Shown: in pieces, positions 26,939 to 41,405 of the stretch
Position numbering within the stretch: the first letter of the stretch is position 1
Layout of the letters: the number at the start of each line of letters is the position of its first letter
Assembly (NCBI GenBank): GCA_964016885.1
Contig: OZ024741.1
Span: forward strand, 358,236,001 to 358,300,000
Reading direction: 5' to 3'
DNA: 64,000 nt
Source: Eledone cirrhosa
Taxonomy: Eukaryota
The notes under the pieces: model-generated
Seen by the model: only the letters and a program-made list of their open reading frames with translations
The model's database searches: none
Told to the model about the DNA's origin: nothing
Made by a program: the position numbers and the translations under genes

Positions 26939-29806
26939 TTCGATTGGTTTCGAAAGAATTTCCGTCTACCCAATTTCACGTAGAAGACTTGGGTGAACCA
27001 TAAATGACCTTCACCCAAGATCCTACGCCGTGAGATTGAACCCGGGGCCTTAATATTGTAAAGAGAGACCTCAAATTTATTACAAATGTTTGGCCTTACT
27101 GTCACTGATGATCTCTCTCGGTGATCTCATATCACGACATAGCAAAAACTTACTATTCCTATTCTTTAGGAACAGAAAATGTTTAATCTAACAGTTCATT
27201 GGCAGAAAAGCTAAGAAGTTCGCTTCGCAATCATTAGATCCCGGATTCGATTCCTCTGTGTGGCATTTTGGACAAATGTCATTTATCATACCCTCATACC
27301 TAACCAAGACTTGTTAGTGAAATGAGGTCGACGGAAACTGTTTTGAAGCCCGTCAGATAGACTGTATCTATAATTCAAAGAGCCTGCCTTGTCACACACT
27401 TTTTTCCCAAAACCAAATACTAAAAACCAAACTAAAAGAAATAGAATAAGAAAACGTCTAGGTCATGATTATACTGCTTTCTTTTTAGATGCCAGAAAAG
27501 AGACAAGGAAATCCTAAAACGAAAAGACCCAAGGCATAACAACCTCTCTCTTAATATAAATCTAAAATAGCGAGGAACTGAAGGAACTATTTCACTCACC
27601 AATATCTTCAACTATTTCAACCAACATTACCACATTCCCAGAATCTGAAATCTGAGTCAAATAATATTTATAAAACCTCTAACAAGGACTTAACCGAAGA
27701 AATATGGCTGATCTATAACTTCTCCTATGTGAACACATATCCTAAATAAACACACCTTTGACATCATCAACTTACGCACCCCCTTTCCAAACCCAAACCA
27801 CTCCACTCAAACAGAACACTTTTCACGTAATGACTAAATGATAGCTTCGACAGAAACCTAAAACGCACCGTTCTAACATCGTCATCAGAAAAGCATTTGA
27901 CCTAATTTCTCATGAGACATATAAATACAACATATGTGAGAAATAAAAACGCCAATTAACAATCCTTTGAAAAATTATGACAATGACCTATCTTGAATTT
28001 GTATGAATGCGTATAGGGATACATAATTCTTGATGGTGTCGTATAGGCGTCGTTGTGACATACGGTGTGTCTTAAGTATTTTTATCCTTGGGGAGCCCAC
28101 TCCCCCTCCATGTCTGAACATAGCCGGATTCCTCCGGAAAAGAAGAAGAAGAGAGAGTACTAGACTGGTATTTTTATCGATTTCACAAAGCATTGAATCA
28201 GACGTTCTAACGACTTTGCCAATTCGCTGCCTATTGTCTAAGATTTACAATTTCCTGAACAGTGTATCTTTTATTTATACAATTCATACAGTCTTGCAAC
28301 TTATGTTTTCATGCACCACGACAAAATATACGCAAGACCTGATATGGCAGTTACATCATCCGACCATTTCCTAAACACAGCTGAAGAATTACTCCGAACA
28401 TGCAGCAAACGCGTAGAAACATGGCTCCAAATAAACAAATTACGAGTTGAATGCATAATCCCCGAAATTACCAGCAACATCAAATGTTGGTACAAGCCAG
28501 CAGTTTGTAGGGGACAGGAAAGAGAAAGTCGATTATATACTTGACTGGTACTTTATTTTATCTATCTCGGAAGGATAAAAAGTAAAATCGACCTTGCCGG
28601 GATTTGAGCTTAGAACGCAACGAGCCGGAAAATACCATCCATCACATACAACACTACAAACATTTCATACGTACAACAAGCGTTTTTAGGCCATTTCCCT
28701 AGTCACTGACAGTCCTTTTTGAGGCAATGTTTTACTGTCAGATGCCTTTACTGGTACCGACCTTTTTAGTTGCCTCTTATGACACGCAGAGATGTTGTAT
28801 ACCTATTCAAAACAGGATTGTTGTACCTCAATCGGTTTCGACGACGAGTGTTCCAATTGTTTGATCAAAGTAGTAGTCTGCTCGTGACACTAACGTACAA
28901 GTGGCTGACCATTCTACAGACATGTGTACCTTTAATGTAGACCTTGGGGAGATTCAACCTGACGCACTGTGTGATAAGGCTGGTCTTTCAATTACAAGTA
29001 CAATTCATTTTTCGAGTAGGATGGACGGGAGTAACCTGAAATAAAGTATATTTTTTAACAGAATACTGGGTTGATGTATATATATATTTTAAAAGAGCTT
29101 TTCATGCCTAAATACTCCTGCGTCGAAGGTCACCAGTTTTTAACAGGATGGTTTTAAGAGTAGATGTATCACCACGAAGAATTGAGGTTAGGATGCTGCT
29201 GTGATAATACTCCTGGAAGGAATCTTTCCATATTACATTTAAAGGCATTGCTGTGGTAAAAGTTTGGTAGTAAGATGTTAGGAATATCGACAACGACCTT
29301 GGCTTGTTTTACATTATTTATTAATAAGGTTGAGCTGAGTAGAGCTGAATAGCTGAGTAGCTGAGTAGCTGGCATGCCAAGAGAGATAAAACAAACGAAT
29401 TAAGAATTCAGGAGGCATGGTCTACTGGCTGAAGTGTTGCCAGGTCCTGGTTAAGTTGTTGTGTTATATGTTGACTAGTGATTTCACGACAGAAGAAAGT
29501 TAGGTTTTACTTTTCCGAAGTCAGCGTGTAAGAGAGTGATTTCTCAAATTCACGCGGGAATTTTTCCCTCAGGGCGCGTAGAGATACATTCTCTTCTACT
29601 GGTGCTGATTGGCTGAGCTGAGCCAAATCACGCACAGAGAATGTATGAGAGCCCGCGGAATGTAGGTCACTACAAACACAACGTGCCACTGGGGATCGAA
29701 CTCACGACATTCCGTTCATGAGCCAAACACACTATACTGTAAACACAAAGCAAAAAAAAAAAAAAAAAATCCTCACATACATCAGACAAAACTATATATC
29801 ATTACC

Positions 29807-30755
29807 GTCAGTTGCTATAAAATAGTTTATAAAAATTGGGTAATATCCCTTAGAGACGGAAAAAATGATGTTAACAGCGGCCGTTACGAGGAATCGAACT
29901 TCGTTTCTCTCAGATACCGACTGAGTGTTCTCACAGCAGAGCAAAGAGATCTCTGACAACATCTTACCGTCTAAATCAGGCATGGGTAACCTTTTTCGAG
30001 AAGCTGGCCACATAAGATATGGTTCATCATCAGGCGGGCCGCAAGCGCTAATTTACATTCGTAAGGGCGGTAACTCGGGTGGGTTGTTTTGATTTGTTTC
30101 TTCAGAATTCGTACATATTTTCCTCGATCGTAAAAATGATAGAAAGATAAATTACAACTGAAAAGTTGGGGTAAAAAAATCAGAAAGATTTCACTTAAGT
30201 GACTTAGGCGAGCCATTCAGAAAGCTTCGCGGGCCACAGGTTGCCCATGACTGGTCTAAATTAAGGAGCTGAATGAAGCCGCTTTTGAACATGTAAACAA
30301 ACATCGTGTGCGAAGCTCGAACATTCAAACGTAGGCAGCACCAAGAGTATAAATTCATAGAAGATGTAGGATGTTCAAGTGCAGAAAATAACTGCAATTA
30401 CAGTCAGTTGCTATAAAATAGCTTATAAAAATCGGGTCAAGACCCTTAGAGACGGAAAAATATGTTAAAAGTGACCGCTACGAGGAATTGAACTTCGCAT
30501 CTCTCAGATATCGACTGAGTGCCCTCATCATTGAGCTAAGGGACCTCTGACAACACCTTACCGTCTAAATTAAGAAACTGAATGAAACAGCTTTTGAAAA
30601 TGTAAACAAACGTGTGCGTAGCTCGAACTTTCGAACTTATGAAGTGCATTAATTGCAATTATTTTCGTAAGTAGAGTGTTGTCAATGGTGAGAGTACTCA
30701 ACCGGTATCTGAGAGATACAAAGTTCGATTCCTCGCAGTGGCCGCTGGTAACATC
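29807..30755. repeat. Two tandem units and one inverted partial unit of about 240 bp containing a tRNA-like B-box
   Basis: 29807-30345 (with a MITE insertion) is similar to 30403-30635; inverted part at 30688-30755; GTTCGATTCC motif. Confidence 0.7.
29977..30253. mobile_element. hAT-superfamily MITE
   Basis: TIRs CAGGCATGGGTAACCT/AGGTTGCCCATGACTG, 8-bp TSD GTCTAAAT, and an empty site in the paralogous unit at about 30563. Confidence 0.92.
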
Positions 30756-31527
30756 TATCAAAGAAAATAAATAAATATGAGAAATGTAAAGATAACACGG
30801 TCATGTGAAGGGTATAGTATGCTGCTGAATCAGGCTCCAACCTCCACAGTATCTGCCATTACATGGTCACCCCCCCCCAAACAAACAAAGGAAAACAAAA
30901 AAACAAAAAAAAACAACAAAAAAAAAACGGAAAGGAAAATACATAAGCCCAGACTCATTTACTTTTATTTTATAAACTTCGGAAAGATAAAAGGCAAAGT
31001 TGGCGTCGGCGAGATTTGAAGTCAGAACATAAAGAACCAGAACAAATATTGCAAAGGATTTGTCCGGTGCTCTAACGACTCTGCCAACATCAAATGATAC
31101 TAGATATCACACCAAACGCTATAAAAATTCCACACATGCAACAACACCTTTCTAAAGATATTATCCGTCCATATAGTCCAGACAAACATAAACATGCAGT
31201 TGCAATATGAAGCCCATACTGTGCTGGTATAAACAATACCAGTAATAGATGTAGAGGAAGAGAAAATGTGCTGCTGTGACCACATCCATCTTACTCATCT
31301 CTGCTGTGGCCACCACCAGACTCTACAGGAGTCCATGAGCCAACCATCAAGCTTGTACGTAGTCAATCAACCTGCTAGAAATAGCAGCGAAATCTCCCTC
31401 AAACCATATAAAATCGCATTCGATATTTAATATTTGATATATAAAAGGATGGGATGGCCGCGATTTGAACACTTTTGATTGTTAGGTGTAGTGAATTAGA
31501 GCTGATTTGGGCTAAACAATAAGAGGT

Positions 31528-33598
31528 TGTAGCGGTTGTCTCCCTTGTTTTGATTGGGATCTAGACGGGAGGTGGAACCCTTTCTACGACTTCCGGTCAG
31601 AGCCCTATAAAACTAACAACTTTAAGCTTCCTCTCTCTCTTTGCCTTTTCGGGACCAGGACAAGAGCCTCTCATTGCCCTTCCGGCGCCCTGGCTTTAGC
31701 CAGGCGTCCTCTGCCAGCCGCGTTTGCCTGGCAATCAAAACGGTAACTACTAACTTTGTTTCATTCTAACATCTATCTTTGACATGTCAAGTATTCTATC
31801 TACCGTTAATTAAATATTATATACACAAACCATGTCTCGTTTTGTTACATTCATACTACCCAGTATCCTCGCTATATTGGTAACCTTAACGTGATACGAA
31901 CACGCAGCCGTTCATCGCTATAAGGGTCACCCCCCCAAAAAAGAAAAAAATAGCACATCTGGTTTTGTGAGTAACATTACGAATACACAGCAAATTTAGC
32001 GACAAACTATGAAAATACTCAAGGACACGCACACACGCACATGTGGAATTCGCACAGACATACTTTTTCTCTCACGCATCAATTAACTGTCGCATTTCAC
32101 CAATATATATATATATGTTTCTCGTTTCTTACAACGAACACTTTCAAAACAAAAAAAAACATTTCACGATATATATATATGTTTCTCGTTTCTTACAACG
32201 AACTCTTTCAAAACACACAAAAAAAAAAAAAATTTGATATTCTTTAAAAAACATTTCAACAGGAACATTTATTTTCGATGAACCATTGCCTTTTGTTCAT
32301 CGTTTTCTTCATCGTTCAAGTTTTTTGTTTTTTTCCAAAGTTCACACCTATAATTATGCTGATTGAAGCCTTTCTTTTTCATCATTGTCACTTTCAAAAT
32401 TGCACTATCATTTTCTCGCGCGTTAGAAATATTTTTTTTCAACCTTGTATTGGCACGTGTAGGCAGCATAAATTCTCGATTCACTGAGATGTCTCTACTC
32501 ACAGACAGCCGCACGCCAGAGATAGCATTTCTCCCCCAAGGATTCTTCAGCCTTAAGCTATATTCTTCTATTTGCCGGTTTATAAATTTACAATGTAAAT
32601 TTACCGTTGATAACCGCGCATTTATTAAGAATGCTTATTTCTCTGGTCGCTGGCCTCTTGACCCTTCCAGGTCAACGCATTCTCAACATCGACCATCAAC
32701 TTCGGCTGCTATTTCTAGCACTTTGCGCAACTCATTTTTTTCTAAAAAAAAATTTTTTTACTGTGAATTTAAACACCGAATACGCTCACTCAGCGAGACA
32801 ACAGCAGCAGCAACAGCAATATAACAGCAACAGCAATACATCAATACAGCTTCACCAAAGCCAGAGAATTCATTTTTGCAGCACTCTTCCTGTGAGAAAA
32901 TCCATTCGGAGGTTGGAAATTTCACGATATACCACAGAACAGAAACCACCTGCATTCATTCTCTGGAACACACTTTCTTTCCTGCTGTCATGTGATTGCA
33001 CACCTGTGAACTATATTTTGAACTTTGAGCTCTTCTATTACTTTTACTTTATTACATTGTATCTTTGGGTGATGGATAGATGGATGTCCAGTCGTTCTCT
33101 GGCCAAGAGCGGTTGGCTACCTTGATATCTATCATTGATTTTTCCAAACATTCTTTTGTCGTAATTTTCATACCTGTTACAACATTCTCGCCAACTTGCT
33201 ACATATTTTCATTTCGATTTTTATACACTAAAATTCTGGCGGGAGGTTATGTAGCGGTTGTCTCCCTTGTTTTGATTGGGATCTAGACGGGAGGTGGAAC
33301 CCTTTCTACGACTTCCGGTCAGAGCCCTATAAAACTAACAACTTTAAGCTTCCTCTCTCTCTTTGCCTTTTCGGGACCAGGACAAGAGCCTCTCATTGCC
33401 CTTCCGGCGCTCTGGCTTTAGCCAGGCGTCCTCTGCCAGCCGCGTTTGCCTGGCAATCAAAACGGTAACTACTAACTTTGTTTCATTCTAACATCTATCT
33501 TTGACATGTCAAGTATTCTATCTACCGTTAATTAAATATTATATACACAAACCATGTCTCGTTTTGTTACATTCATACTACCCAGTATCCTCGCTATA
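31528..33598 (+). mobile_element. Young non-autonomous LTR retrotransposon (Gypsy, Trp-like PBS)
   Basis: 349-bp LTRs at 31528-31876 and 33250-33598, nearly identical; TSD AGGT; PBS-like TGGTAACCTTAACGTGAT; PPT-like GGCGGGAGG. Confidence 0.93.
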
Positions 33599-33881
33599 AG
33601 GTATTTAGAAATTGACTGGAAAGTTTAGACAAGCCAGCATGCTCAGATTACTACACTGCATCCTTATATGGATCTCTATACAGATGACTTCTTGGAGGGA
33701 GCATGGTCGAATGGTTAAGTAGTTCGCTTCGCAAGCATATAAGGTCTCGAGTTCGATCCAAACTGCGTAACATCTTGGGTAAGTGCTATTTACTATGACC
33801 TCGGGTGACTCAAACAATACATATGAAATTGGGTGGACACAAACACTTTGGAAAACCATCAGTTGAACTGTGACTGACTGA

Positions 33882-34210
33882 CTGGCACTTCGTCGGTTAC
33901 GACGACGAGTGTTCCAGGTGATCTGATCAACGGAACAGCCTACTCAGGAAATTAACGTGCAAGTGACTGAGCATTCCACAGACACCTGTACCCTTAACGT
34001 ATTTCTCATGGAGGTTCAGCGTGACACAGAATGTAACAAGGTTGGCCCATTCGAATTATAGGTACAACTCATTTTTGCCAGCTGAGTGGATTTGAGCAAT
34101 GTGAAATAAAGTGTCTTGCTCAAGGACACAATGCGTCGCCTGGAATCGAACCCACGACCTTACGATTGTGAGCCGAATACCCTAACCACAAAGCCATGCG
34201 CCTTCATCAC
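33882..34210 (-). mobile_element. Full-length CORE-type SINE; diverged copies at 28812-29060 and 45750-46020
   Basis: tRNA-like head (GGTTCGATTCC), CORE-like TGTGTCCTTGAGCAAGACACTT and a (CAGT)n tail. Confidence 0.85.
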
Positions 34211-34483
34211 GGTTGGACTGTACCGGTAATTAAAAGGCCCAACCATGTCATACATCGTGTCACGTTGAATCTCCATATTAATTACGTTAAGGATGCACGT
34301 TTCTGTGAAATACCCAACCACTTGCATGCTAATTTTACGAGCAGGTTTTTCCGCTGATCGAACGATTGGAATACTCATCGACAGATGTGTTTTAGTGAAC
34401 TCATATTTCTAATACTAAAGAACATAAACTCAATCATTCATTGAACCAGCTAGATTGGATATTTATCAGTCTTATTATTTAAG

Positions 34484-35762
34484 AGTAAGGTGGTGGTTTA
34501 GCTGTATCGGTAGAGGGTCGGACGCCATGCTTTGCAGCAAAGAGTTACGGCCTTTTATGGTCTGAGTTCAAATTCCACCGAGGTTAACTTTGCCTTTCAT
34601 CCTTACGGGGTCGATAAAATAAAGTACCAGTAATACACTGGAATAATTGCTGGCCTTGTGCCAAAAGTAGAAACAATTATTTAAGAGTTAGAGTTAGAGA
34701 GGGTGGTGGATTGGCAGTATCGGTAGAGAGTCGGACACCATGCTTTGCAGCATAGAGTTACGGTCCTTTACAATCTGAGTTCAAATTCCGCTGAGGTTAA
34801 CTTTGCCTTTCATCCTTACGGGGTCGATAAAATAATGTACCAGTTACGCACTGGAGTCGATTTAATCGACTTTCCCTTCCTCCCAAATTACTGGCCTTGT
34901 ACCTATACTAGAAATAATTATTTAAGAGTTAGCGGTGGATTGGCAGTATCGGTAGAGCGTCGGACACCATGCTTTGCAGTATAGAGTTACGGCCCTTTAC
35001 ATTCTGAGTTCAAATCCCGTCAAATGTTAGCTTTGCCTTTCATCCTTACTGGGTCGATAAAATAAAGCACCAGTAATGCACTGGGGTCAATCTAATCGCC
35101 TCCCCCCCCTCAAAATTGCTGGCCTTGTGTCTAAAGTAGAAACAATTAATAACGTTAGAAAGTGGTGGTTTGGCAGTAACGGCAGAGCATTGGACAACAT
35201 GCTTTGCAGCATATAGTTATGGCCCTTTACGTTATGAAGTTAGCTTTGTTTTTATCCTTACAGGTCGATAACATAAAGTACCAATTACTCAATGGGGTCC
35301 TCTTCCTTTCAAATCGCTGGCCTTGTGCCAAATATAGAATTATTATTAAAGTGGTAGAGGGTGGGGGATTGGTAGTATCGGATAAAATATTATTGCACTG
35401 TTTGTTACATTTTGTGTTCAAATCCCACCGAGGTCAACTTTGCTGGTTTTCACCCCCCCCCCCTGGGGCCGATTAGATAAATACTAGTCAAGTACTGGGA
35501 TTGATATAATTTATTCAACTCTACTCTAAATGACTGTCCTTATGTCTAAATTAGAAACCATTATTAAAGACTTCAGGTGGGTGGTGGACTGGCAGAATTG
35601 GTAGAGCGTTTGATAAAATGCCTTTGCAGTATTTGCTCCGACTGTTTACATTCGGAGTTCAAATCCCACCGGAGTCAACTTTGCCTTTTCTTCTTCTAGG
35701 GTGGATAAAATAAAGTACAAGCGAAGTACTGGGACCGATTTAATTGACATCCACCTCCACCT
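34484..35762 (+). mobile_element. Head-to-tail array of about 6 Meta-like SINE units
   Basis: Repeated GGTGGATTGGCAGTATCGGTAGAG...TAGAAACAATTATT units of about 200-240 bp. Confidence 0.88.
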
Positions 35763-37921
35763 ACTGAGATCATCTTTACAGTGTTTTGGCGTTATTATTA
35801 ATTTCTAATATTGGTGTTAAAGTTTTGAATAATACTGTTGTATTAGATAGTATATAATACCCTATTTCTTGGCTGGACTTTAATGTCGTGATTGAATCAT
35901 CAAAACTTCCTTTTAATGCGTATGCAACTACGTATTTGTGTAAAATAACATTGTTTTTCTGAAGCTTTGTAACCTAATATTTATTACCAATGTGTCACGG
36001 TCGATAGAATTCTTTTCATTAAATCGGTAGCAACAGATCATTCTCACACGAAGCTGTGCAAAAACTAACAATGAATTAGGAACAGAATGTTAGGGGGTTA
36101 TGTATTCTTAACAACTTGATTAATAACATTTCACATTTATCATTTATGGTCCAAGAAAGATCTACAAAAAGATTTTCGGTAGTCACACCTAGTCATCGCA
36201 TATGAAATCGTGTGGTTTTTGTTTTTATTACACAACTGTTGGTAGACCCGGCAAGGTTTTGCGACAGAGTTCACAAGGAAACGGAATTTATAGCAACAAC
36301 CACCAAAATACCTACAACAATAACTATCATCACTACAACAACGAAGAATTCGACACCAACTAAAAATGCTTTAACAAGAAATAAATAAGAAAATAGAAAT
36401 ATATGTAGCGCCAACAGCAAGATGTGTAGAAACCAATGGATTATCAAGGAGGTGATGTTGAAAACAACAAAAGTAAGAAACAAGTTCGTCACAGGGAATA
36501 GTTAAAAAAATAGCATCGTATGAATAACACGCTGTTTCTGATAATACAGAAGAAACATCGTTCATCAATAGTCTATACAGTGGCTGTTGGTTGAGGTCAG
36601 AGGATAATAATCCAAAGCAAAACCGATTGAAGCCCCCATGGGTTTTACTTACACTTATCAAGGGGCTTCTCTCAACCAGGCTTCCCTGGGATATAGGAAA
36701 GGCAAGGCCAACAAGCCGAGACACACAACCGGATACAGGGATTGCCAAGAGAATCAAGAATGTTAAGTTCAAAGGCCTTACTATATTTGTAGATTTGATG
36801 GATGGCCGTTGACTCCTTGTTGAGTTCGTCAGCTATTGTAGACTGTTATTGTTTTATGTCCTATCAAAGTATTCATTAACCCTCAACACATCTATGTGAG
36901 CAGGGACAGATTTAGACCTTGGATGACCTGGGACACTTCGGCTCATTAGGCTCATACACGAAAAATTAGAATGCACACCAAACCTTCAATCTTACATATC
37001 AAAGTAGATTGGTGAAGGTTAATTGGAATTGAAAAGTTATACATAAAGGTTATTACATTCTAAACATTTATCCATCCTCATTTCACGTCCACTTTCCACA
37101 CTGACATGTGTTGGATAGGTTGTCGCAGTTCAAGACCAAACATATCGGAGCGATCTCATCTTGTTCATACATTACATATTTAGCATGGTTTCTATGGCTG
37201 GATATCCTTCCTAACATAACCTCTTTAGATTTGAGAAAATACCAGCAAAGCGCACAAATAAATTGCTACGGCCGTCGCTGGTGGCGCAATTGCCTCATTC
37301 CCCCCCTCCCCATTAAATCCCGACCTTAATATGAGAACAAAGAGTGGCGCCGCTGGTTTAATTGCCCAAAGTAAAATCACGACGGGGGTATTTGTTTACA
37401 CGATTACTGGTAGCAGATCATTTAATCTGACAGGCAGTGATAAAGTGACAAGCTTTTGTTTAAAATACCTCACATACAGACATATAAAGTGCTGGTAACA
37501 ATATTCAAAGATTTATTGAAAGAGTCAGAAACAACACTTGAATGACTAACAGAGAGGAAACTCAGTTTAATGTCTAAGACGAAGGAAAAAAAAAAAAAAA
37601 ATGATTATAGACCCATAAATTGCTTGTCTACAGTGTGGAAAATCTTAAATACAGTGATATCGCAGAAAAAGGAAAGGTTATTGCAATTAGTGGTCAACAA
37701 AACCATATGTAGTACGGATTAATTTGCAGAAGGCTTTTGACAATGTTCTCCACCTGTGGATTTCAGAAATATTAGTATCATAAGAATCATGTCCACCAAA
37801 TGCCATGAATAAATGTAAAATATTTCTGCAGATAAAAAAACAAAAAATTAAAATAAAATAAAAAAACGGAAGTCCCTATAAAAAAAAATTAAAAATCATT
37901 ATTTTTTCCATTTGGAAAGAA

Positions 37922-38652
37922 TAACGATTTCTAATTTAGGAACAAGGCCAGCAATTTGGGAGAGAGGAAAGTCAATTAAATCTACACCAGTACATGACTG
38001 GTACCGTACTTTATTTTATCGGCACCTGAAACGATGAAAAGAAAAGTTGATCTCAGTGGGATTTGAAATCAGGACATAAAGAAGTGGAACAAATACTGAT
38101 AAGCATTTGTCCGAGGCTCTAACGACTCTGCTAATCCACCACCCAGGGTTTCTTATATAGGCACAAGGCCAGCAATTTGGGAGAAGGGAAAGTCGATTAA
38201 ATCGACCCAGTGCATTACTGGTACTTTATTTTATCGACCTCGTAAGGATGAAAGGCAAAGTTAACCTCGGCGGGATTTGAACTTAGATCGTAAAGGGCCG
38301 TAACCTATGCTGCAAAGCATGGCGTCGACCCTCTACCGATACTGCCAATCCACCGCCCAATGATAATAATTGTTTCTACTTATGGCACAAGGCCAGAAAA
38401 TTCTCAGTGCATTACTGGTACTTTATTTTATCAATAATGATTTCTAGTATAGCCACAAGGCCAGTAATTTGGGGGAGGGGAAAGTCAATTAAATCGACCC
38501 CAGTACATTACTGGTGCTTTATTTTATCGACCCCATAAGGATGAAAGGCAAAGTTAACCTCAGCGGGATTTGAACATAAAGAACCGTAACTCAATGCTGC
38601 AAAGCATGGTGTCCGACTCTCTACTGATACTGCCAACCCACCGCCCAATGAT
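37922..38652 (-). mobile_element. Head-to-tail array of about 3.5 Meta-like SINE units
   Basis: Same family as 34484-35762, opposite strand. Confidence 0.85.
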
Positions 38653-40031
38653 AATAATAATAATGGTGTTGGTAGTGATAATTATTATTTATTATTGCCA
38701 TCAGGTCCCATACATACAATAAAATGTTTATAACGGTGTAACAAAATATTTAGGGATAAAAAAAGCAAAGCTTTTATAAACGAAGGTGGGGGTGGCATTC
38801 AGCGACGTTACACCATATATCAAGATATATTACATATTTTCGCATTACAGAACATAATCAGACAAAATAATTGAATTGTTATATAAAAACACAAGAATAA
38901 TTAAAAAAATATAATTTAAGAAAACAAGATAAAAAAAAATAGAACGAGCTAATCCACCCTAACTCAGCTGAGATCATACCAGATTGGTTGAGTTGAAGAA
39001 TCCCTCGACTCTGGACGCCTACCACTCATCGTATCTAGAACCTCATGCATCTAATAGCATCCGTGAGCATTTTCTGCGTATCTACCAATTCTGCCCATCC
39101 AACGTCCTGGATGATCTCGGAAAATTAAAAGACCAATTTGACCTCAGCGAGATTTGAACTTAGAGCACAGAGAACCAGAACAAGATAATCTATCCAACAG
39201 ATTAACATCTCTGTCAATATATAATTTACTCGGATAAGATTGAGTATAATTGTTTGAACACTGTACAATCATGTTCTATATGAAGGTGATCTATGTTAAG
39301 ACATGTATATACATGTTTATATTGTATGTGTTTTTCATATGAATATGAAACTTCAGATTCTTACAGTTGATAAACTGACCTTTGTACAAGAGTGTTTTAG
39401 ATTAAGATAGCTGATATGCTCTAGCATAGTTTTAACAAAAATTTCAGATATTAGAAAACGTGATAAACAAACTTAAAGCAAAAGAAATGAAAAATGTCTA
39501 CTAATGGTTACAATGATGTGAAGGAAACCAAAAGAAAAGAAAAACAAAAAAATATAGTGTTATAGAATATAAAACAATTTTCTTTGAGCATTAAACGACA
39601 TAAAAACACAAGTAACAATAGCGACTATTTAGGGCACACCTTCTTATGTGCTAGTGGTTTGCCATAAACAAAACAAACCTAATTATTTTAATAGCGCAAA
39701 GGAAATCACTGAAGTGTTACAGGAAATAATCTTCTCCAGGCATCATGAATAGGGTTACGTAAGTACATGAATAAAAACAAAAATAAAGAGAGGCTATCGA
39801 GTAGACAGGCAAAGGCAAACGCGAAGAGTAGGATTGGCTAAGCAGTAATGCAGGCTAATTGTCAAACCTGTTCAGAAGGAGGAATACTGCGGAATAAGTT
39901 ACTATAAGTTACAGAGAAAGTGACGTACGTGACAAAATGCCATTATAATCCTGCAATAAACATTAATGAGTCGGCTAGTTATGAGTAATTACGGACAACT
40001 GACGCTGCACACTAGGTACGAACTCCCATTG

Positions 40032-41405
40032 TCATCGCCTCCATCTCTCTCGCCTTCCCCATCTCTCTCTATTATGAACAAATGGGGTCCCACGTGTTGG
40101 CCGCCAGAATGGAGAAGGCATTTCCCCGAGGATGGTGAGGGAGATGCGCTGGAAGAGCCATTCCATCTCGCGAGGCTCATACCTGCGGGTAGCCAGCTCA
40201 GCGCCTATAGTGGTAAGTAGGGAGGTAGCCCTAGGGTCAAGGACACCAGAAGTCTCCACTGCTAGGGGCTCGACTGCAAGCCTGTCGGAGAGCGACCGAT
40301 ACTTGGAGAGTTTACCCTCTTTAGCACGAAGTGCAGCAGAGCCTGGGTTAGTCGCAGACTGCACCAGGTTAGGGCTGGAGAATGTGTCGCTGCAAGTGGC
40401 ATCTGAGACGAGGGATTTACCACCATGGAACGGGAAGATGTTCATACCGTCTGGCCTTTTGCCATCCCCTCGGTCCAGCCCCACCGGCTCGAGCTGGGAG
40501 GGGAAGCCTGCAGCACCCAAGCCATACTTTATGACCTCGTTGAGCGCAGCATTGCATGGAAGGTGGCCGGCACTGTAGCGACAGGAAAGCGGGTGGAGGC
40601 CGAAAGAGTCCACGGTGGATCCGCAACGACATTTGTGTGGCTCGCAGATCTGGAGGCCAAGCCTCAGAGAAACCCCGATGCGAAGGCTATCATTGTCCAG
40701 CTGCGTGCCAGTGGAGAAGGAGGGTAAGGCATGGAGCTAGACACCTTTGTGGGGTTGTGAAGCCGCGCGAAAACTTGCAAGCTGGTGCTGTTCGAGCTGG
40801 TGCGTTAGCCTGTCTGAGGCCAGGTTGCACTGGATAGCATCCCAAATACTCTGGGGTGACTTCACGTCAGCAGGGGGAGAAGGAGGATGGACGTCTACTG
40901 AACTCAGTCCAAGCCGGTTCCACGTCTCACAGGCGGCCTCACGTTCCTCGATCACAGTGGGTTCCATTGTGTTTTGGGAAACCTTGTTGACGAGGACGCG
41001 ACATGAAGTTACTGATGATAGAAACGCCGGCAAAGCCAGCAAGATCGGGGACTGGAGGCCAAGGCCACCATATCTAACAGGTAAGGTGGCCTGTTGCCAT
41101 CCAATGTCGTCAAACACGACGCTGCATATCTCCTCAGCTGCCGCTCGGGTACAAGTATCGAGGTCAGCAAGGAGAGATGTGTGGCTGTAGCACGGAGCGC
41201 TACGAAGAGTATAGGGGAGTTTCGGCATGGCGAAGCAATTCTTCAACAGGAAGATGGCTAGGTGGGCATCAACCATGCCCAGTCGGTTCTTGAGGGTCTT
41301 GAGTTGCTGGAGCCTAGGCCTGGTGGTGGAGCAGATTGCCGACGGGTGGATCGGTGACCCAAGGATGAGGACATCCTCTTTAGGGGTAAGATGATAGTGC
41401 GTGCT
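40032..41405 (-). mobile_element. CRE-like non-LTR retrotransposon 3' part (thumb, zinc knuckle, restriction-like endonuclease)
   Basis: PKLPYTLRSAP, QATLPVRYGGLG, DSFGLHPLSC, EPVGLDRGDGKRPDG...DATCSDT, KLSKY, LAVETSG, FQRISL. Confidence 0.88.

Noticed and set aside
32363-33125. 153-aa and 172-aa ORFs with a polyQ run inside the LTR element
   Set aside because: No recognisable gag or pol motifs; low complexity.
34484-35762. CRISPR-like periodicity or a tRNA gene cluster
   Set aside because: Units are SINEs of about 220 bp with no unique spacers and no complete cloverleaf; the context is eukaryotic.
36900-37330. Possible MITE ends of the CAGGGCCGGATT type (also 53585-53685, 10009 and 17255)
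   Set aside because: TIRs are degenerate and no TSD could be confirmed.
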